Shown one piece after another: positions 14,026-14,080 of a stretch of DNA of 14,080 nucleotides. The DNA is from Candidatus Altarchaeum sp. Lineage in GTDB: Archaea > Altiarchaeota > Altiarchaeia > Altiarchaeales > Altiarchaeaceae. The number at the start of each line of letters is the position of its first letter. Position 1 is the first letter of the stretch. A program made the position numbers and the translations under genes. Where the stretch lies: positions 1-14,080 of the forward strand of contig JAGWDQ010000018.1 of assembly GCA_018260615.1 (NCBI GenBank). The letters are read 5' to 3'. Below the pieces are notes generated by a model. The model had not been told where the DNA came from. It did no database searches and saw only the letters and a list, made by a program, of their open reading frames with translations.

Positions 14026-14080
14026 AATTTAAAAAATTCAGAAGAATACTCACACAAAGTCACAAAGTCACCAGGTTACA
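14026..14080 (+). repeat. Perfect 55-bp direct repeat of 13870-13924 (start of a further family-A copy, runs off the window)
   Basis: AATTTAAAAAATTCAGAAGAATACTCACACAAAGTCACAAAGTCACCAGGTTACA is identical at both sites; period 156 bp. Confidence 0.9.

Noticed and set aside
12122-14080. Shared ~155/156-bp period of the aroE duplication and the terminal tandem unit
   Set aside because: The sequences are unrelated, so this is treated as coincidence; it is also close to short-read length, so assembly effects need excluding.
1-14080. tRNA, rRNA, transposase, integrase or reverse-transcriptase genes
   Set aside because: None recognised; any enzyme mobilising the MITE or the A/B elements must be encoded elsewhere.

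Overview
Very AT-rich window, probably archaeal. The TTTAAA-ATG start context without a clear Shine-Dalgarno site, the long-form RfbA and a sequon-rich surface protein suggest a DPANN/Altiarchaeota-like host, but that is inference only. The backbone is a minus-strand run aroE-rfbC-rfbB-rfbD-rfbA (dTDP-L-rhamnose synthesis), with accessory DNA at nearly every junction: (1) an orphan GHKL-ATPase/STAS pair and a hairpin array between rfbC and rfbB; (2) a 234-bp MITE (16-bp perfect TIRs, 6-bp TSD) just upstream of rfbB; (3) a 362-aa LAGLIDADG intein inserted right before the catalytic Thr of RfbB; (4) a 440-bp near-identical rfbD duplication bracketing an unknown membrane-protein gene and a ~350-bp imperfect palindrome; (5) nested small palindromic elements between rfbD and rfbA; (6) a DUF6922/AbiEii type IV toxin-antitoxin-like pair after rfbA. 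The least explained signal is two families of small hairpin elements. Family A is a ~70-bp palindrome with 8-nt periodicity that sits just after stop codons and shows G.T-preserving variation. Family B is a ~48-bp double hairpin that has inserted into A, and into itself, without target-site duplication. The window also holds a duplicated aroE 5' end, a membrane-anchored alpha-solenoid protein and a macrodomain gene.
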